64,000 bases of DNA from assembly GCA_964188305.1 (NCBI GenBank), contig OZ076892.1. The stretch is one strand, 5' to 3'. The notes beneath the pieces are model-generated. The model did no database searches. It was not told the origin of the DNA and was given only the letters and a program-made list of their open reading frames with translations. The translations under genes were made by a program, and so were the position numbers. Origin of the DNA: Podarcis bocagei. Taxonomy: Eukaryota. Positions 1-20,800 of this stretch are shown here, piece by piece; the first letter of the stretch is position 1; each line of letters opens with the position of its first letter.

Positions 1-395
1 CTCCTGTCTTCCACTGCCTCCCACAGTTTGGTCAGACTCGTGCTGGTAGCTTTGAGAACACTGTCCAACCATCTCGTCCTCTGTCATCCCCTTCTCCTTG
101 TGCCCTCTATCAGGGTCTTTTCCAGGGAGTCTTCTCTTCTCATGAGGTGGCCAAAGTATTGGAGCCTCAGCTTCACGATCTGTCCTTCCAGTGAGCACTC
201 TGGGCTGATTTCCTTAAGAATGGAGAGGTTTGATCTTCTTGCAGTCCATGGGACTCTCAAGAGTCTCCTCCAGCACCATAATTCAAAAGTATCGATTCTT
301 CGGCAATCAGCCTTCTTTATGGTCCAGCTCTCACTTCCATACATCACTACTGGGAAAACCATAGCTTTAACTATACGGACCTTTGTTGGCAAGGT
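1..395 (-). mobile_element. Bov-B (RTE clade) LINE, 3' fragment of the RT ORF
   Basis: Translation KVRIVKAMVFPVVMYGSESWTIKKA...FELWCWRRLLRVPWTARRSN...LQYFGHLMRR is the characteristic Bov-B C-terminus; runs off the window edge. Confidence 0.92.
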
Positions 396-644
396 GCACT
401 TAGGGCATCCTTTCTCAGCCTTGGGTCTCCAGATGTTGGACTACAACTCCCAGCATCCCTCACCGCTGGCCCTGCTGGTTAGAGATGATGGGGTAGCCCA
501 GCTGCATCTGGGGATCCCTTGTTGGAGAAGGCTGCCTCCGAAGCCAAGCAGAGAAGGTGCTCAAGGCCAGTCACAATGCAGCTTGGAGCTGAGCAGGTCT
601 CTGCCTAGCCGATGCCTGGCTGGGAGAAGGACAGCGCCGACTTG

Positions 645-884
645 TCTATATCCAATGGCTGATGGCTTGGCTGTTTTTGGCTCTTGCCTCTTCCCGTAGC
701 GGGGGGCGGGGACGGGGCGGGAGAAGAGTGACACGTTTCCATGGGGAAGCTGCTGCGTGTCGCCACGCTACGGGCCGGGGCGGGGCCAGGAGGGAACAAG
801 GGAGGAGGGGGACCCAGGAGCTCTTAAAGGAGACGCGCCGAAGAATGCGCCCCTGTTGAATTGGAGGCACTTTCAGAGCTGCTG
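645..884 (+). promoter_or_regulatory. GALE: GALE CpG-island promoter and probable non-coding exon 1
   Basis: CCAAT box near 652, several GGGGCGGGG GC-boxes at 700-785, CpG-rich; strong donor ctg|gtgagt at 884/885. Confidence 0.7.
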
Positions 885-1349
885 GTGAGTGTGGGAGTTT
901 GGGAGGCGGTACCGGGCAGTGTGTGTGCATTTTTATATATTTGTGAATGAAATGGAGGGCCCTGGCAATTTGAAACCTCATAGGGAGGAAGATGCTACTG
1001 ACTGAGGTTTCGATTTAATACATGCCATGCTGTTCGAGGGATGCTGCTCATCCTAAAAGCGGGGTGGGGGAGTTTTTAGGGGGGTTAATAGGATCTCTTG
1101 GTGTTCAGCGAGGGAGGTCAGCAGCCCGGGTAGCCTTTGTGCAATCAGGTTGCCACCTTTTCCTGATGGCTCTGCTCGTGTGCCTTTAACAGCAGGCTGG
1201 AGTATTAGCAAATGAGCAGCCTTTCCCGGCCTGCTGTACCTCCATGCAAAGGAAAGCCTTCACCTGATCGTTTCCATCATGTGTCCACCTGCTGTGAAAC
1301 AATACAGCTGTCTCCATTTACTTCCCGATACCTGTCTTAAACCTCTTCA

Positions 1350-1540
1350 AGGGCAATAACTCAGGGGTGGAGCATCTGCTTTGCACCCAGAAGGTGTTAG
1401 GTTCAATCCCTGGCATTTCCAGATAGGGCTGGGGGCTGGCCTGTGCCTGAAACCCTGGAGAGCCACTTTTAGTCAAGGTACACAAGATGCACGAATGATT
1501 TGACTCAGTATAGGCAGTTCTCCGTATTCCTACATTTCCT
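1350..1540 (+). mobile_element. tRNA-derived SINE (Squam3-like)
   Basis: gagcatctgctttgca...ggttcaatccctggcat head; cctgaaaccctggagagc body; tgactcagtataggcag tail. Confidence 0.7.
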
Positions 1541-2023
1541 GTTTGCTTTTGGGGTAATTACATTGCAAGAGCTAGTGGAGGGTGAGGGGGGAGGTTAGTC
1601 TGCATTCCTATTCTTGCTTTTTCCTGAATCTCCAGAAATTAAATATCCGGTGGCAGAGCTGGCATCTTGCTTCTAGTAGTATGCAAGTAAACACCTGTGT
1701 GTTAAAATCAAAGCAAGGCATGTTTATCTGCTGTTTCCACGTGCTGGTCTGGATCACTTCAAACTGTGGACAGTCCATTATATTTATAACCGATTGTCGT
1801 CGCACCTAATAAAAGACGAACAAATTACTGTACTCAGTGGAAGCTTATGCCATAATAACTTTTGTGCTTTTCCTCTAAAGTTATAACCAGCTAAATGTTG
1901 GCTATGGCAGAGGGCAGGGTACAGTGCCTGGGGCACATGCTGTGCATGCAAAAGGTCCAAAGTTCAATGCTCAGCATTTCCAGGTAGACCTGGGAAGCAT
2001 ACCTGCTTGAAACCCTGCAAGGC

Positions 2024-2527
2024 TTGGCCGAGATGACTGCCAGGATCCGAGATTTGGGAGAAGAAGCAATGGAGGAGGACTGGAAAAAATTTAAGGACTA
2101 TTTGCAAAAGCTTTATAAGTTATATGAATTATAAGATTTCGCATGATTTTGAAAGGTTAGCCCCAGCAATGAGAGTGGAGGATACATGAAACTAGGCAAT
2201 ACCAGTGAAAGGATTAAATGTTTAAATGTTTAAAAGGATATTGTATTTGTTTTTAGAGTTAATGGATAATAAGTAATTTAAGCTTAAAATGTAATGATTT
2301 GAAAGTATAAAAGAAACACATGAAACAAGGTTATAATTTGCCGATAATTTTATTGTTAAGAATGCACTGTGCGGGAGATGTGAGGAAGTCCGATAGAAGA
2401 CTGAAATAAGCTTTGAAATGATCCATCTTTTTTCTTTTCTTTTCTTGTTGTTTTTGTTTCTTTGTATATCTGACTGTTTATCTTTACCTGGAAAAAATGT
2501 AATAAAAAATATTTTTTAAAAAAAAAC
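2024..2527 (+). mobile_element. 5'-truncated L1-like retrocopy with 13-bp TSD
   Basis: TSD AACCCTGCAAGGC at 2011-2023 and 2528-2540; ORF tail LAEMTARIRDLGEEAMEEDWKKFKDYL...*; AT-rich 3'UTR, AATAAA and A-tail. Confidence 0.8.
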
Positions 2528-2545
2528 AACCCTGCAAGGCAGTTA

Positions 2546-2762
2546 CAGTGGTACCTCAGGTAAAGAACTTAATTCCTTCCGGAGGTCTGTTCTTAACCCG
2601 AGGTACCACTTTAGCTAATGGGGCCTCCTGCTGCTGCTGCCGCACGATTTCTGTTCACATCCTGAAGCAAAGTTCTTAACCCGAGGTACAATTTCTGGGT
2701 TAGCGGAGTCTGTAACCTGAAGCATCTGTAACCTGAAGTGTCTGTAACCAGAGGTACCACTG
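2546..2762. mobile_element. Tc1/mariner(pogo)-type MITE, CAGTGGTACCTC family
   Basis: TIR CAGTGGTACCTC / GAGGTACCACTG, TA TSD. Confidence 0.85.
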
Positions 2763-3833
2763 TAGTTGCCTGTCAGTGTAAAAGACAATAATAAACTAAA
2801 TAGACCAATAGTCTGACTCTGCAGAAGGCAACTTCCTATGTTTTAGAATAGGAAGTAGTAGGAGAAACCAGTGTGTTGCAGGGAGCCAGGTGTGTTCAGT
2901 GTACCCCAATGTTTTCTTTACACAGAGATGCACTTTCCCCATTACATAATCTCTGTAGGTTTCAGATCGCCTAGCATCACATATAGAGGGAAGATTTTGC
3001 TTCTCTGCAGTGATGAACTTTTCTGTAAAGGAAAAATTTCCTTCTAGTAGCAGCCAGCATGGAAATATCTGGAGTGTGGACAATGTCCTCAAAGTTGTGT
3101 CTATACAAGCTGTTACTCTTGAGTTTGGCATATTAATACATTGTAACAGATTACTAAAGGGTTTGTTAGATTAGAGGATGCTGTTGTTGTTGAAGCAATG
3201 TGGTTCTCATGTCTTTTCTTTCATTAAAATTGATGTACTTGGGATTAAGCCCCTTGCTGCACGTGACTTGTGCTGGGAGTATATTGCGGTTTGATGGCTG
3301 TTTGGGGTGATATTAAGGTGTGTGGCAAAACATTTCCTATCCCCCTGAGGCTACACCTGTGTGCTTTGTTTGGAATGCAAGTTCTTTTTTTAAAAATTGT
3401 TTTTATTAAAGAATTTCTTGGATCACAAATATGTTTTCAGATCATAAAGTCTTTTTTTTTACAGATCGTTTTTATTCTATGTGAAATTTGAATGCTGTAT
3501 ACAGTATATGGTGTGGGGGGGGAGAGATGGGGAGAGAAGGGGGTAGTAAATATTCATTCTTTTACATAGTGTATGTGTGATGTTTTTGGAACGTAAGTTC
3601 TATACAGGATATGTTTCATGTTATACTCACTTTTCCCTTGTATTTGAAATTGAACCATAAAATAAAAAAAATCAAAGATATCATATTGAAGTCATTCTTG
3701 GCATTGTAACCTGTGGCCCTCCAGATGTTGTTGGACTCCAGCTCCCATCAGCCTCAGCCCGCATGGCCAAAGGTGAAGGATGATGGGAGCTGGAGTCTTA
3801 ACAGTTTCCCCACCCCTGCCCTTTCGTTGTCAG

Positions 3834-3890
3834 GAAGGTTTGGTGCACTTTCAACTTTATCCCAGACTGAGCTTTCACATACAGAACTGG
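3834..3890 (+). other. Candidate 57-nt GALE 5'UTR exon
   Basis: Pyrimidine-rich acceptor ctttcgttgtcag (ends 3833) and consensus donor tgg|gtgagt (3891); no ATG inside. Confidence 0.35.
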
Positions 3891-4913
3891 GTGAGTGAGT
3901 GCCACTGAGAAATGAGCAAGTTGGACGTGCATAGCTCCATCCCTTCATCTTCATATTCTTGCATCATGTTGGTGTGATACTATGGCCAACAAAGACTTTG
4001 CACATCATGCTGAGCCAAGCCATGGATTAGCACAAATGCATGGGCTGTGGGAGAGGAGATTGAGGTCACTTTGCTCCCTGCCAGTCAATCTGTAGATGTG
4101 CCAGGACAAGCTACTGTTTGCCTTACTTAGCATGTTATCTGAAACAGAGCTGGTGGTTTGAACCTATGGTTTACAGCTCATGGTTAGTCCAGGAGAGCTA
4201 AACCATGAGCCTGGGTTCAGACAACATGTCAAGCCAAACCATGGCTTGTCTTTTTGGTTAACTAATTACCAGCACTGCATAGCTGCCTTGAAGATAAGGG
4301 AAGTGGTTGAAATTTCCCTCTGGTGCTATTTCCTTGATCGAAATATTTGCCCCTGCCCCTGCCCCCTCCAGCATACAGGTTTCAGAACAAATAGTGGTTG
4401 GAAGGGGGAGATTTCAGATTAAGGAAAAGACACCCCTTCAGCGATGCAGATGCTGTGAGCTGCGAGCATGCTTGTAACCCAGGATAAATGTTGGCTCTTG
4501 CCAGTTAATAAACGGAAGCTGTACAAGGTTTATTAATGATATGACAGAAGATTTTTCTGGTCATTACAAGAATAAAGAAATTTTCTAGACATGTCTCCAC
4601 AATCTGGTTTAAAGCAATTTGTACCTGTCAAAATTCACAGACATGCCAATAAAGACCTGTATGTATTATACATGCTTTTGTGTTCCTGCTAGTTGATCTA
4701 CTACCTGGATTTCTGCATCTTGCCCATCACAGTGTCTCTTTCTGTTGTTTGTACAAGGTCTGACTCAAATCAGCTTTCTTCCTGCTTCTCCTACAGTTGT
4801 TGACAGTTTGTGGTTCTTCTCACATAACTGAGTCACCTTAACTTGTCCTCATTCATTGGGCTGTTAGAGTTGCACTCAAATTGTGGAAGAGAGGGCTGTG
4901 TGTACTCAAGGTA

Positions 4914-5329
4914 CAGTGGTGCCCCGCAAGACGAAATTAATTCGTTCCGCAATTTTTGTCGTCTAGCGAATTTTTCGTCTTGCGAATCACGAAATCCCAT
5001 AGGAATGCATTGAAAATCAATTAATGCGTTCCTATGGTCAAAAAAAGTCGAAACAAAGCCAAATTTGGTACAACAACAGTTTATTAACTGCTCTTTAAAG
5101 TCACACATACTGTAAAGAGCAGTTCAAAAATTGAAGGGAAAATAAATTAACTTTATAAACAAAACATGTCTTTGTTTTTAGACAAAGGAAACAAAGCCGC
5201 GAGATGTTTTCGTCTTGCGAAGCAAGCCCATAGGGAAATTTCATCTTGCGAGGCAAATTGAAAACGCAAAAACCTTTCGTCTAGCGAGTTTTTTGTCTTG
5301 CGAGGCATTCGTCTTGCGAGGTACCACTG
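4914..5329. mobile_element. Tc1/mariner-type non-autonomous element, CAGTGGTGCCCCGCAAGACG family
   Basis: Near-perfect TIRs, TA TSD, many internal CGTCTTGCGA subterminal motifs. Confidence 0.8.
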
Positions 5330-5683
5330 TATGCCAGCAGAGCCAGATGGTCTTGGTGTGGCACTGCTGGTGTAGCTACAGTACAGCTTGTATGCCTACC
5401 ACCTTCTAAAGTCTCCTCTGAACCAACCTGGACCCAGTGAGTGTCATCTGAAGCCCTTAATCGTGTGTTCCTTCCTCAGGATGTCCAAGGGTGGCAACAC
5501 AAGACCAGGTCTTTTCTGTGGTGGCTCCCAGCTTGTGGAATGCTTTCTCCAGGGATGCTTGCCTGGCACCATCATTACATAGCTTAGAAAAACATTTGGC
5601 TGTTAATTATCTGTGGTCTCCTTGATAGAATCACCCTTTTGATATTGCTTCAAATGTTTTCCTTTTATGCTGGTTTTACTGTA

Positions 5684-5909
5684 CAGTGGTACCTCAGGTA
5701 ACATACGCTTCAGGTTACAGACTCCGCTAACCCAGAAATAGTGCTTCTGGTTAAGAACTTTGCTTCAGGATGAGAACAGAAATCATGCTCTGGCGGCACA
5801 GCAGCAGCAGGAGGCCCCATTAGCTAAAGTGGTGCTTCAGGTTAAGAACAGTTTCAGGTTAAGAATGGACCTCCGGAACAAATTAAGTACTTAACCCGAG
5901 GTACCACTG
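5684..5909. mobile_element. Tc1/mariner-type MITE, CAGTGGTACCTC family
   Basis: TIRs plus TA TSD; inserted in an L2-like fragment (~5460-6000). Confidence 0.85.
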
Positions 5910-6057
5910 TATGTGTTTCTTTGCTTATATACCGTAAGTTGCTTTGAGTTACCTTGGTAAAAAAAGGTGACCGATACATCTAATTAATAATAATATGAAA
6001 AGTCCATGCCTGAATCCATCTACTATTCTAATGATTACTGTTTAGGAGAGTCTAATT

Positions 6058-6270
6058 ATCATAGAATTGTAGAGTTGGAGGAGACCCCAAGTTCAGCCTC
6101 CTGCAATCCAGGAATTACAGATAAAGAATCCCTGAAAGATGGCTAGTCAACCTCTGTTAAAAAACCCCCAGTGAAGGAGAGTCCTTCAGATATTTGAAGA
6201 TGGCTATCATCACTTCTCGGCCTTCTCTCCTCCAGGCTAAACTTACCCAACTCTCTCAGCCGTTCCTCCT
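6058..6270 (-). mobile_element. CR1 LINE 3' fragment
   Basis: atcatagaattgtagagttgga start; ttctctcctccaggctaaac. Confidence 0.65.
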
Positions 6271-7162
6271 AAGGCTTTATTTCCACTTGCAAGTATCTGG
6301 CCTGCCCAGGTGAGTTCCAGTCCATTATGCCACTCCCCCTTTTATCTCTGACCAGGAACTGTGTGACTTTGGTGTCTCCATATCCTGTTCTCTGAAGCAG
6401 GTTGGCTCCCAGCCATGTAACTGACTCTGCACACCCACAGGGTGTGACTGTGTTTCAACATACCTGCAATGGGGGCCAGAAAGTAGATTGAACTGGCACG
6501 GAGCTTAATTCTCTTGTTCCCTGCAAAAGCAGCAATGCAGGAATTGAGCCAGCAACATTTTAACCTCCCTGCTCCTGAAAAAACAACAACAACCACCAGC
6601 AAGTGTAGCTTTTCCAGACATAAAGATACACAGAAATGGGGAAAGCTTTCTCTGTTACATTTGTGCTTTTCAGGCTGTTGTTAAAGGCGCAGGAGCAGAA
6701 CCTGTCAACATATTTTTAAAAGTTGGCTAATATGGAGGGTGCTGGGAACTGCACGGTTGTCGGAAGCACAGTATATCCATTGCCTGTCTTGGCAATCAAA
6801 GCTTAAACGTTAATCACCCTGCAGCAAAGGTTGCAGATTATAAAGCAGAAACGGATTGAAAACATGGTTTTGGGCGGAGGCGCAAGTGAGGTTACGCCAG
6901 GGCAGTCCCAGAAGGGGCTAAGCAGATGGTCTGTTCAGCCAGGAGAAATGGCAGGGGGGAGGCATCATAGCTGCTGGCTATCACCAGGGCTTCTGTTTTG
7001 GCTAATCATGATTTAAAATACTAAAATTAATAATCCAAATACTATATTGGATCAAATGTTCTTGCAGGAGCGCCAAAGTCCATACAACTGCTTTATTATG
7101 GTGTGAAAATGGGCCTGAGGCCCTGGAAGAAGCTCATATGCTGAGTTTGTCATAGGAGCTTA

Positions 7163-7300
7163 TGAACATGGGAAGCTGGTCCTTCTTGCAACTAGCAGTG
7201 GCTCTGCAGGGTTTTGTATGGGGGTCTGTCCCACTTGGAGAAGCTGGGGATTGAACCTGGGATTGTTGGCATGCAAAGGTGCTCAATCGCTGAACTGCAG
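7163..7300 (-). mobile_element. Squam3-like SINE (degraded)
   Basis: Reverse B-box ggggattgaacctggga and tail ggaagctg. Confidence 0.55.
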
Positions 7301-9410
7301 TTCTTTTTGCCAGCCATAGTCACGCCATAGTCATTTGCCAGCCATTTCCTCACGCCTGTTCCTTTTTCTCTTTTAGGAAGTGGTGGGGATTTTGTGGCGG
7401 ATGCCTTTGTAAGAGTTGTTAATGGGCATCAGATGTACACTTGGGTCCTTCGTATTTCCTCTGCTGGGTGTCTAAACCAGCCTTTTCTCAACCAGGTGCT
7501 CTCCTCCAGATGATCTGGGTTCCATCAGCCTAGCCTAAAGCATCTGGAGAGAACGAGGTTAAGGGAGGCTGGCCTGGACATTAGGCATGTTTCTGGTTTC
7601 AGATTGTCATGCTCTGCATCTCTTCCATGACCTTGTTCTCACCTTGTTTTTAGTTTAGTTTTTAATCGTTCATTTCCATAGTGGTATCAGCACTTTACAA
7701 TGTATAAGTCATTGCCCCCATGGCATTTCCAATCTGTAATTTGACTCAGTGGGCAGCAGATGCAACAGAGGAAGGGAGGAAATGGGGATAAAATATGTAC
7801 AGTATCCCTTTCAGTTGCATGTGGCTTCAGTAGGATATTGGGGTGGGGTTGTGCCAAAGATTTCACAAAAATGATGGGGGTGGGTTTTGAAGGGGGAGAG
7901 GTGGTATCAGGCTGGCATTGTAGGAGGCAGTTTCTAACAGACAGAGGAAGAATGAAATCTTTTGAGAAAACGTTTGGTTGGTTGAGGGTGGTGGAACTGA
8001 AGGAGGGAAGATCACGGACAAGGGTTTATTGAATACTATGAGCCGTGGGATGAGGAGGGGGCAAGGCCAAGAAGGGCTTTGAAGCTAAGGACAGGGTGCT
8101 CTTGCTGGATCCAGAAATAGACAGAGACCCAATGTGTTCCCATTTTGCAGATGAAGACAACTGAGGCTCTGGGGTAATCTGGCCCAAGCTGCTCAGGAGC
8201 ATGCCTGAGGCTCAATTTGAACCTTAGTCCAAGGCTAACAGCCCAGCCACATCTCTGCGATTATTTTTCCCCAACATGAATGCTTTTCTCTGTGTATGTG
8301 TGTTTGGATATTCTTTCCGTTGGCCTTTGGAGTGAGCCCAGTTTGTCTAGTTGGCTTAGTCTTCTCAGCTGCTACTCTGAGGGCTTCTATTCCAAGCAAG
8401 ACGCTGAACCTTGCCAGCTCAAGAAGACTAAAAGCTTGTCTGTTCTCTGGGGAAAAAAATGTCCATTTGGGAGGATGAAACACCCGCCCACCCCTTCCTG
8501 CTCCAGCCCCGCCTTTCTCTCCAGGGAGCAGAAGGACAGAAACCTCTTTCAGTGGGCAGAAAGGTGGGGCTGACCCATGTGTCTGTTGACTGCGAAGAGG
8601 CTCACATGCCCAGAGGTGTGCTTTTGGGCAGCTGTCCTGTGGTGTTGGCAACCCACTCTTTGGTTCTTGGGCAAAACAGGGTGGATCTCAACAAAGTGAC
8701 TCATTGCCCTGGTCAAAGTCCAACTCCCCCTCCCCCCCAGTGGTTGATCCTGTCCTCTCCCATATGACTATATTTTCGCCACTCGCACGAACTGCAAGTT
8801 TCTTTGGTCCCTGGCTAAGAACAGTGTTGGTTCTGTATAGCATCTACCCTCCAGAGGACCCCAAAGGAGTGGGAAATAGATGATGAAGTAAATGTTGCAA
8901 TTTACTCCAAATTGCATTGAGGTGGAGGGAAGTTGTGGGAAGGAAGGAGGCAGGCTTGGAGGGGGTTTCATCCTGTGGCATTAATGTCACATCTTCAGAG
9001 AAGATAACACTCCCCTATTTCTGTTTAGCATGCAAAGGGCGCCCAAAGGCATCATGGTTCTCTTCACAACAACCCTGCCCTGTCTTAGCGCAGTTTTAGT
9101 GTCCTGAGTACCTAATCACCACTGGAAGCCCATCTTCTGAAACATCACCAGGCGCGGTCTGATTTCCAAGCCTGCCGTTGCAGTCTTAAAGACTGGAAAC
9201 TTGCTATGTTCCCTTATTAAATATGAGCCAAAACTCTCAGGTTGCTGACTTCTGGACCTGAAAAGAATGTCACAACTTCCCCAGTGCAGTCGTGATATAT
9301 GAAACCTGTGTGCATTCATGCTGTGCAACACCTGCCTTGACTCAGGCTGGATTTTCGCCTCTTGTGCCATCCAGGCAGATATCAGTTGGGGGCACCTACA
9401 TCCTTCCTAG

Positions 9411-17543
<8,133 letters not shown>

Positions 17544-17847
17544 CGCCTGGAAGATGTTGCCTGTCCTCCCCAGTGCGTGGCTGCCATGACCCAAGCACAG
17601 TTCCAAGGGCTGTTTTGCGTTTCACTCAGGGAAGATGGTGGTTCCTGCTCGTTCCTCCCCCTGACCTTCTTCTCCCTTTTTGTAAGAGACCAAATAGACT
17701 CAGGAAGGGGAAGATTATCTTGGCCTTTTGCTGTACCCATTTCTTTAACTCTCTTGTGCCTTCTCCCTGAACCTTCTCTGCCAGCCAGGTTGGTACCAAA
17801 CAGGGAGCAAGGAACTCTGACCCTCCCATTGAGTGGGAAGACTGACA

Positions 17848-17853
17848 AATAAA
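17848..17853 (+). terminator. GALE polyadenylation signal
   Basis: First AATAAA, ~300 nt after the stop codon, followed by T/GT-rich sequence. Confidence 0.6.
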
Positions 17854-20800
17854 AAGTGTCAATGGGAGCCCATGGAGGATGTCGAGCTCCCCTCACTGGG
17901 GACAAACTTGGTTTCTTTGGTTTTAAAGAGTCCACCCTCTGCTGCCAGGTTCTTGAGATGTCCTGATGGATGCAGGCTGCTCCATGAGGTTCTGAGCTGG
18001 GGGAAGAGGCTGCATGGAGGTACAAGTGTTAAAATGTAGTTGGAAAACGACAGCTAGGTCCATGGAGCCTTGTCGTTTGCTCCCTGGCTTCCCATTTCTA
18101 AATTGTAATGCCTTCTGTAAATCAGAGGTGGGGAATCTGTGGCCCTTTGGATGTGGCTGCACTACAGCTCATCATCATCCTGGACCACTGGCTGTGCTGG
18201 GATTTAGCCGTCCAGCAGGTTCACCAATACTGATGTGACAAAGCAGTAGTAGGAGAGTACACCAACTCTTTGGCAGGTGAACTTTCAGGCTTATAGTTTG
18301 GTGCAGCTTTGAGGCCATGCTAGGTCAAGTGACCCTTTGCAGGGTGGTCCACAGACTGCCAGGCGTCACTGAGGCCGTGAGGCTGGGATGAAAATCAAGA
18401 GAGGAGAAAGAGGGGCATCAGTTCCGAGGGCATGTCTACCACTGTGGGAAAATGTGCTTTTCAGATTAGATCAAGGGGTGCCCCCCAGAAAGCTTTGGAC
18501 AGCAACTCCTATCATTCCCGAGTATCGGCTGTGCTGCCTGGAGCTGAATGGAGTTGTAGTCCACAACAGCTGGATGCCACCAGGATAGGGAAATCTGGTT
18601 TGCACTGTTACTCTTCAACAGGGCAAGGGGCTGCTCCTAAGCAAACTTGGAGGGGACAAATACTGCAGCTGAATAGGAATGTAGTAACCTTTTGAAGTAT
18701 CTTCTAGCAGGCAGAGGCTAAGCAAACGGTCGCTGTAAAGGTCACACCCAAACTATAATTAATGCTGGCTTTAGGGCTGTAGCTGCAGTGGATGCGGAAG
18801 GAGGTGGAATCCCAGTGTGAACTGCACTAGATAATGAGGCAAATAGCTGACCTCTCATTAAGCATAATTGCGCTTGTGTAGCCCCATAAAAACCAGAATC
18901 CAGAGAGTCCTGTAAAATTCAGAGCTGGCCACAATATTGCTATTCCTCTTCCCCTGGGGTGAAGATGAGTGCCAAGGACTCACAGAATGCCCCTTTCTTG
19001 CAGAGTTTTGGTGAGAAGCGGGCCGTTCCGGTGGCAGTGGAAGTGAGGGGCAGGCAGTGTATGGTGGTGGAGCAGGGCAGGGGACAGCACATTCACGTTT
19101 TACTTCAGGTGCGCCACAGAATGGGCCACTCCTAGTTCATTGAGCTTAGGCTGTGTGGCATAGGGGCCAGATCCCTAACCGGAGGGGGGGGAGCACTTCC
19201 TAAGCTCCTTTTTGGTGTTCATTGTAACTGTGTCAGTTGATGCAAAAATCCGTTCATTTATTTGGTCAAGTAGAGACACAGGCTGTGGTCAGCCTGGAAA
19301 CTCAAAAGCCTAGTCTTGCACCAGCTAGCTCAGCTCACCATCACACTTGGATTTCTTTGCAATTGCCCTCCTGCAATGCCTGATGATCAGTGTACCATCC
19401 CTACTACCAGAGATCAGCCTTCCTCTTTCTATATTTTAATGTATTCTGAGGCAGGACATGTTTTCCTAAACCAGCCACATTTCTTGCCCCCGTTGGAACC
19501 AATTATTTTGGCCTCTCTAGTGATCATCCACCACAAGTTTATAAGTAGCAATCTCTGAAGCATTATGAAATTTTTTGGTGGTGTACGGATTAAAGAAGAA
19601 AAGAAACCAGTTGCAAAAATGGAGCATCAGCTAGGATTTGCTTGGTGGAATAAGTTCCCCTTTCTGGTCTGCCTTTATCTGTTACAACTAACTCGAATTC
19701 ACACAGCAGTTTCTGTCGCAGCCAAATCAAAATCCTGCTGCAGTCATCTTGCAGCAGATAAATTACTCCAGTAGCAAAGTTGTGTGTAGCTCCTGCAGTG
19801 GAAAGCCAGATTGTGCACTTAGAAGAAATTGTGTATATAACAGCTTTCACGAGTACGGAATGTTTTATTAGTGTATAACTTGAAGGCAGAAAGCTTTGAG
19901 GGAAAGAGCTCTACCTGATTGACTGGAGCAATGTCCTTCAACCATGGCTCCCTATCTCTTGTTGTATCACAGCTCACATAATCCACAGCAAGCATAGTTA
20001 ATAGGGATAATAGGAGATGCAGCCCCAGATGTTGGATTACAAAATCAAAGAACTAGAGATTACTCTTTCTACCCTTCTGATCTATTTGTGTCTCTCTGTT
20101 GCAGTGCTATTGTTGCCATTGTGTTCCTTCCATCTTAAAAAGGACTAAATACTTGATTTTTTGAAGTTAAAAAAAGGCCAGATTTTGCACCTCTGTGTTG
20201 CTAATAATCTATGATCTACCCTGCTTGTGGGCAAGCGGTTCACAGGTGAAGCTTTAACTCCCATGCCTGTTGCTAGAAGTTTTTTATCCCCACTGTAAGC
20301 ATCACCCTGTGCCTGCCTACTCAGAAGCAATTCTTAATGTGTTCTGTGGGGCTTAGAAGCTGCATAGCCTTGCCTATTGGAGTGAACAAGAGGAGAATCC
20401 ATTTGTGGCTACCATCTTCCAATGTTTCAAAACTTCATTTAAAGCTCATTGCTCCCACTGTAAGCTACATGTAGAATTGCAGCTGATTTTTCCCAATTTG
20501 GGTGGGAGGTGGGTAGTGTCATGCTATATTCCAACTACATTGGGAAACATAACGTAGTGCAAGGGTTGCCAACATTTTGGGGCCTGTGTGGCGTATTTGA
20601 TATTTTGAGGAAGTGTCAAAATGGCTGCTGGGGGGTAGCCTAATTTACCTGTTCAGAGCAGCTGAGATGGTAGGTGTCCACTCCAGGGCAGCCAAAAAAA
20701 TGTAGGCATATTCAACGTAGGAGAAACCAAGCCAAGTGCAAACACAATTTGAACAGGAAGATCAAACAGACTCTTATGTTATATATATTTACCAAGACCT

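Larger units (their letters stand above)
1908..2843 (+). mobile_element. Squam3-like SINE split by an L1-like fragment and a MITE
   Basis: Head at 1908-2023; SINE body resumes at 2765 (gcctgtcagtgta...gaccaatagtctgactc...aggcaacttcctatg). Confidence 0.65.

Noticed and set aside
28-699. 223-aa plus-strand ORF
   Set aside because: Antisense shadow of the Bov-B RT fragment running into a MITE; non-ATG start and no protein signature.
19540-19900. Possible hidden exon or gene between GALE and LYPLA2
   Set aside because: Short ORFs on both strands resemble no protein I recognise and lack convincing paired splice sites.
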